A stretch of DNA of 64,000 nucleotides from NCBI RefSeq assembly GCF_027921745.1, contig NC_079239.1:1364001-1428000 (forward strand). Direction: 5' to 3'. The position numbers and the translations under genes were made by a program. Shown piece after piece: positions 23,554 to 36,032 of the stretch; the first letter of the stretch is position 1; the number at the start of each line of letters is the position of its first letter. The DNA comes from Schizosaccharomyces osmophilus (Eukaryota). The notes under the pieces were generated by a model. That model searched no databases, was not told the origin of the DNA, and saw only the letters and a list, made by a program, of their open reading frames with translations.

Positions 23554-24092
23554 AAGTATTATTTTCTTTTCTTTTTTATCTATCGAAAAATACAGGTGGA
23601 TTTCGTGGATCCTTTTTTCACCAAGGGCGTTTGCACTGATGGGTTATTTTGGCATCAAGCTTACTCATTTGGGATATAAATTCAGCAAAATGTTTTTGGC
23701 AATTTAATTTAGGAAAAATTGGATTTATGGAAAGAAAGAAAAAAAAAAAAAAGTTTGGATAGGCAAATAGTCTGTCGTAGAATGCAAGTGCTTTACTTAT
23801 TTACAAGAGCTGTCCTAGGCTAGACTATATAATTTCTCGGGATATTAAGGTATTTGATTGAATGGTATTTTTGAATAATTAGAGATGAAGTCGTTTTCAA
23901 TGGTGAATGTATTTGGCCGTAAAAGTGAACTTGAAAAATTCATATTAGTAGAACATTGTAAATTTGGTGCTTAACAAAAGCAATCAAATAAATCTGTTAC
24001 TTCTGCTTTAACTGTGTAAGAGACAAAAACTGGACTGATCATTCAAGATTTAGACCTCATCAATCTATGCGCTTTCCTTTACCAACGATAAC

Positions 24093-24718
24093 ATGAACAT
24101 GGCAGCCTATGTAGCCATAATAGGAACAAAGGACAATCCGGTGTACGAATTGGAGATGGCAGGAGGAAATGATAAGCAAGGCAAGGTAAATTGAGTTCGA
24201 GAAATAATTATTGATGATTAACTCTTCAAACTAGAGCTTGGGTGCGCACTTGAATCAATTTATAGTGCATGCAAGTTTAGACATTGTAGAACAAGTTCAA
24301 TGGACTAGTAATGCATTGTAAGTGTTATTTTACAAGATGATCACCCTCTAATGGAACGTTTCAGTTATGTCAGGTCTATTGACCAATTTCATGAGTTGTA
24401 CGTTTCCGCCTATATTACTCCGTCCAGTAAGTTTTTTTTTTATTTTCTTCCTTTCTGTTTTTTCTCAAATCATTGCAAGAATTGATGGAGAAAATAAAGG
24501 TAGACAAAATTGGTGCCGACAATTAACTTTTGGGTCTAGATATGAAGTTTATGCTTCTTCATCACGCACAAAGCTCTGATGGTATAAAAACCTTTTTTCA
24601 AGAAATTCATGAGCTATATATCAAGACGATTATGAATCCTTTCTATCAACCTAATGAACCCATCAAGTCACAAGCCTTTGACTTGAAAGTTCGGTCGCTC
24701 GCCCGAAAGCTCCTGTAA
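24093..24718 (+). CDS. trs20: TRAPP subunit Trs20/sedlin; exons 24093-24185, 24235-24317, 24365-24426, 24540-24718
   Basis: AIIGTKDNPVYELE, LNQFIVHASLDIVE, MKFMLLH, FFQEIHELYIKTIMNPFY. Confidence 0.93.
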
Positions 24719-25197
24719 ATATGACTCCTTACTCCTTTAATAATCTTGCTTAGGGAAAAGATTCCTTTAAATATGAACTTGTTGGCGAATAAGACGATAC
24801 ACTGCGATGTATTTCATAGTGATTACTCGAGATACCGACTGCATAGAGACTTATAACAATTTAAAATTATCAACTTGATATAGTAGTTAGATTAGTACTT
24901 GCTAAAACTTTCAGATTCATAGTCTTAACTGAGAATGTAGTAAACGCTTACAGAAGTTCTTTTTTAAGGAGCCACTGCTCACACCGCGAATCGGCAAACA
25001 TTTTTATGATTTATCAAAAACTATATGTATGCTTATCATCTTTCAAAAGCTTTTCCTCAACTTTTTACATTAGCATACAAAAACTGTTTACTTCTTGTTA
25101 CCTTATGATCGTTACTTGGCGTGACCCGAAAATGTTTCACGAAACCACAATTCCAAGCTTTACAAATTTCACAAGAGTCACCACCACTTGACTGGAC

Positions 25198-25965
25198 ATG
25201 GCGAAATTAAGTGAATTGGTGAGCGACCACAGCTCTGAGGAGGAATCACAAGTGTCCAGTGCGGAGGAAGTTCCTTCTCATTCTCCTGACGTTTCGGGTG
25301 GAAAAAATAGCAAGGAAGGAAATCAACCCAAGTCTTCTGGAGACGATGATTCAAGTACTTTAAACGATTATGTTCGTGCTGAAGGAGAAGCTGTTGTGAC
25401 AAAGGAAGGATTAGATAACGAGTCCGGCGTATTTTTGGTTCGTTTACCTCCTGACATGGCATTTGAAGATATAACAGAAATGAACTTGGGAGGAAAGCCT
25501 TCAATAGCTGCAAGTTCGTCTACTGCAGAATCTTTTCAGATACGCCAAGAATCTCTTGGCGCCGTACGTATGTTTGTGCCTGATGAAAAGGGGACGTACT
25601 CTGCCAGTGAAATAAGAACAGGCTTTGTCGTCTCAGAGACACCTAGAATTGTTTTGAATGGAAATTCCAAAGAAAAGGATCAAGCAGCCGATATTGCTGA
25701 TGGAAAGATCCCCCAGGTCAAGAATTTAAAACAGCATTTCCGACCTATTGGAGCTGTATACACTAAATCATCTACTGAAGAGACAGCTCCTTCTACAAGT
25801 GCTGAGGAACCTACAAGTATTGAACAGCAATCTACGGAAGAACAAAAGGAGGAGCGATCCGAAAGTAAAAAGAGATCACGAGATAAAAAGGAAAAGGGAA
25901 ATGAGGATAAGGAAAAAGACAAGAAGAAAAAACACAAAAAGTCAAGTAAAAAGGAAAAGAATTAG
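25198..25965 (+). CDS. rpa34: RNA polymerase I subunit Rpa34 (A34.5)
   Basis: VFLVRLP, IPQVKNLKQHFRPIG, lysine-rich KKE tail; synteny. Confidence 0.85.
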   Translation: MAKLSELVSDHSSEEESQVSSAEEVPSHSPDVSGGKNSKEGNQPKSSGDDDSSTLNDYVRAEGEAVVTKEGLDNESGVFLVRLPPDMAFEDITEMNLGGKPSIAASSSTAESFQIRQESLGAVRMFVPDEKGTYSASEIRTGFVVSETPRIVLNGNSKEKDQAADIADGKIPQVKNLKQHFRPIGAVYTKSSTEETAPSTSAEEPTSIEQQSTEEQKEERSESKKRSRDKKEKGNEDKEKDKKKKHKKSSKKEKN

Positions 25966-26672
25966 ATTGCTCGAATAAGTGTAATATTGTCACCTTTGAG
26001 TAAAATTCGACCTTGACGTTTAGTGTTAGTTAATTGCATTCATTAATTAATCAATAAATTCTGGGTTTCAGTGGGATTATGAATGTGGGAAGCATTGTAG
26101 GTATAAATTAGTAAATGATATCCATCAGAACGTTCGCGTTGCCATGAAGTCTCTAGATTATATACACAACGAATTGTTGCAAGAATCATATCGGGAGGAT
26201 AAGTTGCCATTATAGCTTTGTTATAGGTTCAATATCTTTCTCTTTTGATTCTTAGCCAAATGGCTTTCCCTTCCACACGAATCCCGAAACCACACTGCAA
26301 AACTTACCTATTTCACGTCGATTCTGTTTTGTATCAATTTGAACAGCATCATCTAAAATAATATTCATAAATTCATCGAATCCCTAGAATAGGTTAGTAA
26401 AGAGTAACTAAAACTTTTGGCAGACAATTGCTCGATATGCTCACTGGAGAATTCAGCAAGAAACGCGCTTTCTCCAAACATCGATGCTATTCATACCCGA
26501 ATTTGTCCTTCAATTCGTAAGTCTACTTGTTCAAAAAGCCATATTTCTACTGGAGTATGTTGCTGTAATAACTTGAATACAAAATTCTGGAAACCGCTGT
26601 TAGACAACCAAATCGATATTTCTTTGCACGTACAATAGGGGGAATCATAACCTTTTGAACACGTCCCGACAT
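25962..26672 (-). CDS. sme1: Sm core protein E; exons 26672-26634, 26586-26497, 26383-26308, 26011-25962
   Basis: Spliced product MSGRVQKVMIPPINFVFKLLQQ...[29 protein letters not shown]...IGRILLKGDNITLIRAI. Not recovered by the ORF track. Confidence 0.95.
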
Positions 26673-27854
26673 TTTTGATAAAAATTTTCCCTGTAAACCC
26701 GAAAATGTAAAAGTACCTGCGTCTTTAAGGTAATGGTAGTGCGCAAGTAGTTTCTCTGGCAAACACCAAATGGCGCGGAACACTTTTAGGAAAATAATTA
26801 TTTATTAAATGAAGAGAAAGAGTCGCATAATTTATGATCATCATGGTTTTATTGTGCGCTGCTATTCTAGGTGTTCCTCCATATGAATTTTCCAAAGGAG
26901 GAAGACAAATTGCTCAAGGTTGAACAATCCTCAAAAGACTATGCAATACAAATTTCTTACAAACGCAGTTTGTCCGAAAAGTTTCCAGCTGTTAGTACAT
27001 ACTCATACCATATGTCGGATTATGAGTGTTCGTATAAATTGGAACCTAATTCATTGAACAAATCAATGAAATGAATTCTTCGCTAGCTTTGCTACGGTCC
27101 ACCCGACTTTTTGAAGCTAATTGGATTTTGACAAGGGTACTGTTTACCGCTTGCAGAAACCGAATGAATAATAATATGCATTCGATATTTCTCTCTATGC
27201 TAAAATAACCTATTATGAAGTATGATGCTCAAAAAGGAATCCTTTGCTGATGAAACTAAAGACATAATGGGTGTCAAATCGACCAAGAATGTATCCACTA
27301 AAACTTACTCATGGGGAAGCAGAGTCTGAAATACATTACTTTCATCTAATTAGTGAGAAAGCTTTAGAAGCCTTTGAACGGACAAGCTCATTCTCTTGGC
27401 ACACTACCTACATCGATCATAATTACCCACAATGCAAGTATCGAAAGTAAAAATGCTAGAAGAACGATAACTTGGGGTGCTTTCATAGCTTTTTTTTTTT
27501 TTACTTCTCTGCTAGAATGCTAGAAGGTTAATTAAGCAAAAGGGAGTATGCAGGTTCGTTTATTCGGAAAACAAACAAAGTCATCGTACAATGCTTTATT
27601 TGTAGACACTTATTTCCAAGGTTTTTAACAATTTAGACCAGTAAACAATTAAAACCTTTCAGTGTTTTTGCTTTCCCAAGTTTATTTACAGGTTAGTGAA
27701 TTTCTTTTAGTTCGTAATTGTCTCTTGTGTTCCCTAACATACTCGCTATCCACCGACGTAGTAAGGTAAATAACTAGAACGCGTTTTTGTAAATGGAATC
27801 AACCAAAATAGTTTATCAGAAGCGTTTTTGCTTGTTGGACAGGATACATGCCTC

Positions 27855-30781
27855 ATGGAAGAGTTACATAATGCTTTAACCACCCTCTATGCGAGCGTCG
27901 ATCGCAATCAAAAGTTAGAAGCGAACTCCTATTTGGAAGAATTTCAGAAAAGTGTAAGAGTTGAATAACTATTATATAAAACATTGTTAACAAGCATTTT
28001 GAATTATAGGCTGCTGCATGGCAAATATGTTTCCAGATTTTGAATACGGTTGACAGTAGCATTGAATCAAAACTCTTTGCTGCACAAACGCTGCGACAGA
28101 AGATTGTATACGATTTTCATCAGCTGCCAAAATCTGTTCATGCTGAATTGCGAGATAGTATGTTGCAACTTTTCATTTCTTCAAAGGATAGCCCAAGACC
28201 ATTGTTGATCTCATTTGCAGTCTGCATGGCCGCAATTGCTTTGCATATGACTGAATGGCACAATGTGATTAACGATGTCTTCCAAGCGTGCAGCAGTCAT
28301 GACCCAACAGGTCGCTGCATCCTACAATTTTTGTCAGTTTTGCCGGAAGAAGCAGCTGATCCACGAAAAACATCTTTGACTTGGGAAGAACTTTGCACTC
28401 GTATAGACGAATTATTGCGGGATAATGGGCCCGCCGTACTAGAGTTACTACTACAATATGTAAACAGCAATGTATATGCTGGCGGATCCTCTAATGTTGA
28501 TCTGAACCTCGTATTGACTAGTTTGACATCCTGGCTTCGCGAAATTCCTCTAGAAAAAGTACTCTCATCCCCGTTGATTGAACTCGCATTTCGATCTTTG
28601 GATGATGATATGCTCATTGACGATGCAGTCGAGTTTCTCTGTGCTGTCTTAAACGAAACAAGGGAAGTGGATGAATCCATGGATATGATTATGATGCTTT
28701 ATCCCCGTTTACTAGAATTTCGTCCAAAAATTATCGCGCAAAAAGACGACCCAGATGTCTTTCGTGCAATTGGGCGACTCTTCACTGAGGCAGGAGAATC
28801 TTGGGTGGTCTTAATGGCCCGAATGCCTAATGAATTTCTACCCTTGGTAGAATCTATTGTGCAAATATGTGCAAACGACGAAGAATTAGAAGCCATCAAA
28901 TTCACTTTTGCCTTCTGGTGGGATATGAAACAAATGCTGGAATTAGAAGCGTACACTCAAGCCCGTATAATCTATGCCCCACTCTTTTTAGAGATGGTTG
29001 GTATCGTGGTTAGCCATTTGCATTATCCACGAGCAGATAATCAACCCCTCAACGACCAAATGGCCCAAGCTGAGGTTTTCTTTGATGATCGTGAATCTGA
29101 GGACCGGTTTCGTGCTTTCCGCCATGAAATGGGCGACGTGTTGAAAGATTGCTGCGCTGTTGCAGGAGTAACTCCTTGTTTGCTAAAGGTTTCTACAAAA
29201 CTTTTGGAAACTTTGGATGCAAAGGAGTCAGGTCTGCCATACTTTTGGCAGGATATTGAAGCCCCTTTATTTGCTTTACGTGCTATGGGACGTATGGTAC
29301 CGAATGATGAAGAAAAGGTTATAATCCATTTGCTAAGGTTCCTTTCCAAGCTTCCTGAAAACAATAAAGTACGTTACGCTGCAATTTTGTTTGTAGGAAG
29401 ATACACTGAATGGACTGCACAGCATCCTGAGTACTTGGAGATGCAACTGAATTATATTGCAGAGGGATTTCAAATTCCATGTAAAGAAGTTCAAAGTGCT
29501 GCTGCACAAGCAATGAAGCATTTCTGTTCTGACTGCCGTGAGCATCTCGTAAATCATCTTCCACAGTTACATACTTTTTACCTCAGCATGAGAGAAGCGT
29601 TGGATTCTCAATCTGTTCTCGAGATTGCCGAGGGTCTGGCACATATTGCTGCTATTCAACCTATCACAAATACCTATCAGTCAGTGCATAGTTTCATTGC
29701 TCCTTCTTTGCAGAAAATTGTGTTGAGTCAAACAAAGACAGGGCACACAGAACGAGAGATGGAAGCGCTGGCTGATGAAATTGATATACTTATAATCTTC
29801 TTTTCAATTGTCTATCCTTTGAGTTCCTCACATGAGATTCATCCTACCATTCAACTTTGTTTAGACATATGGCCAGTCGTGGCGAGAACTCTGGATACAA
29901 TTCCTAGCCCATTGATTTGTGAGCGTATTTGCAAGCTTTTGAAGAATGTGATTATGACGTTCCGAGAAAAAGCTCTAGTTTTGCTGCCTTCAATTGCAGA
30001 AACGCTAGTGAAAGGGTTTGAGAGTACGCAGTTTGGCTGTTTTCTATGGGTCAGTGGAGCATGCGTCCGGGAGTTTGGCTTAACTGAAACGGATGAGCAA
30101 ACCCAAGTGTCTGTTTGGGGCTTTGTAGAAAGACAATGCACTAACATGTTTTACTATATGACGAAAAAGTCACCGAAAGAAATCCCCGATGTGATTGATG
30201 ATTTCTTCCGGTTTATGATGGATGCGCTGTTGGCAAATCCTCAGCGGGTATTCATGAGCGATATGCTGGAACCTTTGATTCATGCATCATTAGTTTGTTT
30301 GCAAGTAAACCAAGACGAATCTCTTTGCAGTGTGTTGGTTTATTTACAAGATCTCGTTTCGTTTGCTTTAAGGACTCCTCCTTATACTCTTTCTGAGCCG
30401 GTTTCAGAAACACTATTAAAAAAATTACGTTTGCTGGTGCTGAATAATTCGCAACAGATGTTTAGCATTTTATTTAACGGAATGGCGTTCATTTTCCCCC
30501 GTAACAACGTTTCGGATGCTTCTGCGGTTTTAATTCCTTTAATTCGTTTGATATGCATGGAGAATGCTAGTTTTTGCATTCAATACTTGTCGAGTGTACT
30601 GGATCAACTTCCACAAGACACAATTGGCCAAGAGGAGAAGCTCAAGTTTTTGGAAACATTTTCCCAGCATTGCGCATCTTCTGAAATGCCTCGTTTGCGT
30701 GCACACCTACAAGACTGGACGTCTATGTACCGCAGAAGGGTACTTTCACCGCGATCAAAAGGCATCGCATTGTCATCTTAG
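27855..30781 (+). CDS. mtr10: Importin-beta family transportin-SR/Mtr10; exons 27855-27953, 28010-30781
   Basis: IBN_N domain (ANSYLEEFQKSAAAWQIC...LFAAQTLRQKI), FRHEMGDVLKDCC, HEAT repeats. Confidence 0.93.
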
Positions 30782-31299
30782 CTTCTTTTCAAGAAACGAT
30801 AAAATTTACATTATTAGAAACAAGCAAAGAAAGAAAGGAAAAACAAGTACTCAATAATTAATGATATGGTATGAGTGGATAGATGGATTGGTTTTTATTA
30901 ACCTTATTTCCTGCTGTGGTTTGTCAAAGAAGTACATTGGACATTTTGTAAACGCATATTTCAATACAAAAACAAGAAATCAGAAAAAAGCAAGTAAATT
31001 ATCGTTCAATTTCAAAGTGAAAAACGGTACAATTCATCAATTTGTCAAAACGAATGGTTTGTTTATTAACGTATAGGAATATCCTTTCGCTAAATATTTG
31101 AGTCGTATCTTACGTAAGGATTTGCAGGTTCCCTCCCCAGGACAGTACCAACATACATCCACCGTGAGATAAAAATGGACCTCATAATCATTATATGAAG
31201 TCATTCGAAAACCTACCAACAACAAACAGCTAAAACCAGCAAAAGAGAAACCTTTGTGCTTTTTGAGTGAAAAGGTTCTAAATCCAACTTTTATCGACA

Positions 31300-33446
31300 A
31301 TGAAAGTTCAAGGAAAATGTAAGTAACTAAAAATCGAGTCATAAACAAGCACTTGATTAACGTGGATACCCATGTTACGTCAGTTCTGTGTTTATGAAAT
31401 TGTGTTTATGAAATAAACAATTAACTAAAAATTGTAGCTGTCTCTGAGGCGAAAGCTCATGAAACAGGAATTGTTCGGAATGTAAATGCCACGAAGGAAC
31501 TTCCTACTGTTTTGGACAACGAAACAAGAACCTTGTATGATCTTTTAGCAAATGCAGTCAAACGCTATGGAGACAAGCATGCTGTAGGTTATCGAGATCT
31601 AGTTAAGGAGCATGTGGAAGAGAAGATGATTACGAAGGTTGTAAACAATGAAAAGACAGAAATCCCAAAGAAGTGGTCGTATTTTGAGCTTTCTGACTAC
31701 AAATACCTTAGCTTCAACCAATTCTATGAAAAGACCATGCGCCTTGCTGGTGGGTTGCGTAAACTTGGTTTGAAAGCAGGTGACAAGTTGGAACTTTATG
31801 CTTCTACTACCGCTTGTTGGTTCATGATGGCTCATGCCGCTATGTCTCAGTCTATGTCGATTATTACAGCTTATGAAACTTTGGGTGAGGAAGGTCTTTT
31901 GCATTCTTTACGTGAAACCGGTGTGCAGGCAATCTATACCGAAGCCAATCATTTGAAGAGCCTTGTCAATCCTTTGAAGGAAGTCAACTTACACTACATT
32001 ATCTACCGTGGTGAAGCTAATCCTGAAGACATTGAAGCACTAAAGCAATCTCGCTCAGACATTAAGTTAATCTCCTATGAGGAACTTGAGTCTGCTTCGG
32101 AACCTGCTGCTCCTGAACCTCCTTCCCCTGAAGACCTTTGTTGTACTATGTATACTTCTGGTAGTACTGGCCTCCCTAAGGGTGTATTGTTGACACATAA
32201 AAACATGGTAGCTTTGGTAACAGGTGTCTGCAAGGTCATTCCAGAAGTTACTTCTCGAGACTATCTTTTGGCATATCTTCCATTGGCACACATTCTAGAG
32301 TTTGCGTTTGAAAATTTATGCTTGGCTTGGGGTGGTACCATTGGCTATGCCGGTGTTCGTACCCTGACGGATGCGAGCTGCAGAAACTGTCATGGTGATA
32401 TACTTTCTTTCAAACCTACGATTATGGTGGGAGTCCCTGCAGTTTGGGAGATGGTCCGTAAGGGTATAACCAGCAAGTTGGGTGCTGCTTCCTCTGTCAA
32501 GAGGTCTGTTTTCTGGGCTGCTTACCACGCCAAGATTCGTATGATGCGCCATGGAATTCCTGGCAGTTCTTTCTTTGATGCCGCTGTCTTTAATAAAATC
32601 CGCAGTGCCGGTACTGGTGGTCGCTTACGTTACGTGTTGTCGGGTGGTTCAGCCTTGTCTCCCGATACAAAGCAATTTTTGAGTGTCGTTCTTTGCCCAG
32701 TTTTGATCGGATATGGTTTGACCGAGGTTAGTGCCGCTGCAATGATCGAAACGCCTTCTACCTTCAACATTGATGACTCTGCCGGTGTCATTTTACCTTG
32801 CACGGAACTGAAATTAATTGATTGTGAAGAAGGTTCTTACTATACAAACTCCAATCCTCCTCGTGGTGAGATTTTACTTCGTGGACCTTCTTTGACACAG
32901 GGTTACTTGAATCGTAAGCAAGAAAATAAGGAGAGTTTCAGCGAGGACGGCTGGTTCATGACGGGTGATGTTGGAGAATTGACTCCTCATGGATTATTAA
33001 GAATTATCGACCGTAAAAAGAATCTTGTCAAGACCCAAAACGGTGAATATATTGCCTTGGAGAAGTTGGAATCTCGATACCGTTCGAGCTCTCTTGTTGC
33101 TAACATTTGCGTCTACGCTGACCAATCGAAGGTCAAACCTATTGCCGTTATTGTGCCTAACGAAGCCGCTGTTCACAAGTTGGCCGTGGAAAAAGCAGGC
33201 GTTGACGACAGCACCTCTTGGGAGAGTGTTTGTAAAAACAAGAAGGTGCGTCATATGGTTCTGGAAGATCTTTTGAAAATTGGACGTTCTCATCGTTTTT
33301 CCAACATTGAACTTCTTCAAAACGTCGTCCTTGTTCCTATTGAATTTACTTCAGAAAATGGTTTGGTTACAGCTGCTCAAAAGCTTCAACGTCGTAAAAT
33401 CGTAGAACACTTCAGCAAGGATGTTAATGAAGCGTATGCTGAGTAA
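31300..33446 (+). CDS. lcf1: Long-chain fatty acyl-CoA synthetase; exons 31300-31318, 31438-33446
   Basis: AMP-binding MYTSGSTGLPKGV, GYGLTE, GWFMTGDVG, IIDRKKNLVKTQNGEYIALEKLE. Confidence 0.94.
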
Positions 33447-34030
33447 ACGTTGATTTTTTGATGAGCAAATGTTATGATTATTTTCGGGACGTTGTATGGA
33501 TGAACGTTAATGTTTATAATGGACAGTTTGTCAGTACAAGGTGATGAACTTTTTAAGATATTAGGCATATTTATCAATTTTTCTTCTTTTTTGCTTTGTT
33601 TTTTTAAATTGAAAGCACGTATAAACCGTTCTTTTCACTAGTGAACTAGGAACCTCGTTTCTACTGTTGGTTTTTTAGATTAAGACAATTGTTTTTGTGA
33701 AACACAAGACTATCATTTTAATATATAATTTATGATAGTTAAACATAAATCCTATTCGTATGAGATACGAGAAGGATTCTGTAGATGCATACCTTTGCAA
33801 GCAGCGCATTCCATGAAGCAACTTTTCGATTGTATCGTCCTTCACCATCCAGTTCGTACTTCCGGAGCACAATGCTCTAAAGGAGAGTAATTTGTCTATA
33901 CCCCCATATACCGAGCTTTTTTGCGCCGCGTTAAATGCATATCGCTTTACTGTACAACTCTTTATATCAAGACAAAATTTCGAGACAACGGACTTTGTAT
34001 TTTACCCATACCCTTTTTTCTCTATTCAAA

Positions 34031-34919
34031 ATGAATACATCGTAAGTGAACAGAGAGTATGTGTATAAAAGACTAACATAGCGGCAGATCACTGGATTGG
34101 GCAGATGAAGAGGAATACGGTAGTTCTTTGCCATCCATTCAAACGTTTGATAACCCAGATGGCACAAAGACCATGATTGAGTTTCGCGTGGACGATAATG
34201 GCAAAAAAGTGAAGGTTACGAGAGTAATCAAGAAGACCGTTGTCACTGAACGCGTGCAACATGCTGTTGCCGAGAGAAAGAAGTGGGCAAAGTTTGGACA
34301 AGAAGCAGGCAAAGCTGGCGGTGTAGACACTAGAACAACCAGCGTTGGAGAAAACGTACAATTACGCCTTCAGCTTGGATGGACGAATTCTAAGGAAGAG
34401 CAACAAGAAGAGGATGCTTTGGCAGCTGCAAAGGTCAAGGCGAAGAGCGGATCTGTTGTACGTTGTCGTGCTTGCAAAGGCAGTCATTTTACTGCCCAAT
34501 GTCCTTATAAGAGTATCATTGGACCAGTAGACGAACCACCTTTGGAAGCTACCCCAGCCACGAACAGAATTACTGGTGCTTTGGGTGAAAAACGCTACCT
34601 TCCTCCTCACATGCGTGGTGCTTCTACTCGTGAAGGAGGTGACTCTATGTTCAAGCGTGAGCGTGACGATAGTGCCACCCTCCGTGTCACCAACCTTTCG
34701 GATGATACCCGTGAAGAAGAACTTCGCGACTTATTTCGTCGTTTCGGTGGTATCCAACGTGTATATTTGGCAAAAGACAAGGAAACCGGACGTGCCAAGG
34801 GCTTTGCGTTTGTCAGCTACTATGATAGAGAATGTGCCGTTCGTGCTCGTGACCGTTTGGACGGTTTCGGTTGGAACAACTTGATTCTTCGTTGTGAATT
34901 TTCGAAACCTCGTGATTAA
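34031..34919 (+). CDS. tif35: Translation initiation factor eIF3g; exons 34031-34041, 34088-34919
   Basis: DWADE, VAERKKWAKFG, zinc knuckle CRACKGSHFTAQCPY, C-terminal RRM. Confidence 0.96.
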
Positions 34920-35453
34920 GCTTTTTTTTACGCGTTATAGTATACGATAAAAAACCTTTCTCTTCACAGAACTTGCACTTTCTATTTGGAATTACAAGTT
35001 CTCATTGTTTTCTTACGCACAGCTGATCTTTTGTAAATCTCCTGGAATCTTTTTTAGCTGTTTTCTTAATTTGTCCTGGTTTATGCTTGTACTGTACAAG
35101 AAATGTGTTCCATATTTACAATGATCATGTGGAAGATTTGTTTATACATTTTGGGTTCTTGATGTAGGTGACCGACTTCTTTACTTTAAAATTTTATCTA
35201 TGTAATCAATGGAATCACGATTCGCTCCTTTCATCCAGTATATGCAGACAGTTACAAACAAATGTATGCTTTGGCTTACGTGATAGCTATATTTGTTGCC
35301 GAAGAATTTCAAATACATCTACAATGAATTGTACTTGTACTTCTAATGCTATCTATTCCTCACCAAGTGTAAGCCTTCATCGATTTCATTTTTATTCTCA
35401 ATCATCTCTAAGAAGTATACATATCAATCAAATCACTGCGCTGTATAAACCAA

Positions 35454-35526
35454 GGCCGCTTAACTCAGTTGGTAGAGTGTGAGATTCCAAATCTTGAAGT
35501 CAAGTGTTCAAGTCACTTAGTGGTCA
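35454..35526 (+). tRNA. tRNA-Trp (CCA), intronless
   Basis: Cloverleaf: acceptor GGCCGCT/AGTGGTC, D arm ACTC/GAGT, anticodon CCA at 35487-35489, T arm AAGTG-TTCAAGT-CACTT; T6 terminator at 35531. Confidence 0.95.
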
Positions 35527-36032
35527 TACCTTTTTTCCATCAGTTTTGGTGTTCGAACCTTCAAAAAAGAGTTTATAAAGATCGTGTTCAATAAACCTAG
35601 TATCCTTCTTGAATTGTACACTCCATGTAGTCGCTACAAGGACTGAAAAGACACCCAGGTCTAAAGTTTAGTTTTGTACACTTTATGGTAGTAGAGCTGA
35701 TTGCCAGCACAATTTAAAATAAATAGATGTCTTTGTAAATTGATCTCATCACGCTCTGAAGGAGTGTTGTTATTCCCTTGGTAGTGAACTTTTAGTACAG
35801 TAGCATCATATTCATTTGAATATGGGGAAACGGGCTCTCGCGTGTAAGCAGTTGGTTTACAGTACTAAAAATGAATTCATAAAAAGTCAATCAACAAGTT
35901 TAAAAGATACATGCTACGCTAAGCGAATGCCAAATATATAAATAAAACATTGTATTTTATTTGAGAAACCAGAAACAAGTTATATCATTACTTCCAATAT
36001 TATATCAAAAAGGAACCAAAAAAACGGCTTGT

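Noticed and set aside
26871..27074. 67-aa ORF and a minus-strand TACTAACAG between sme1 and mtr10
   Set aside because: I could not assemble a coherent spliced gene on either strand.
31387..31414. 14-nt tandem duplication (TGTGTTTATGAAAT x2) in the lcf1 intron
   Set aside because: Likely neutral slippage with no effect on splice signals.
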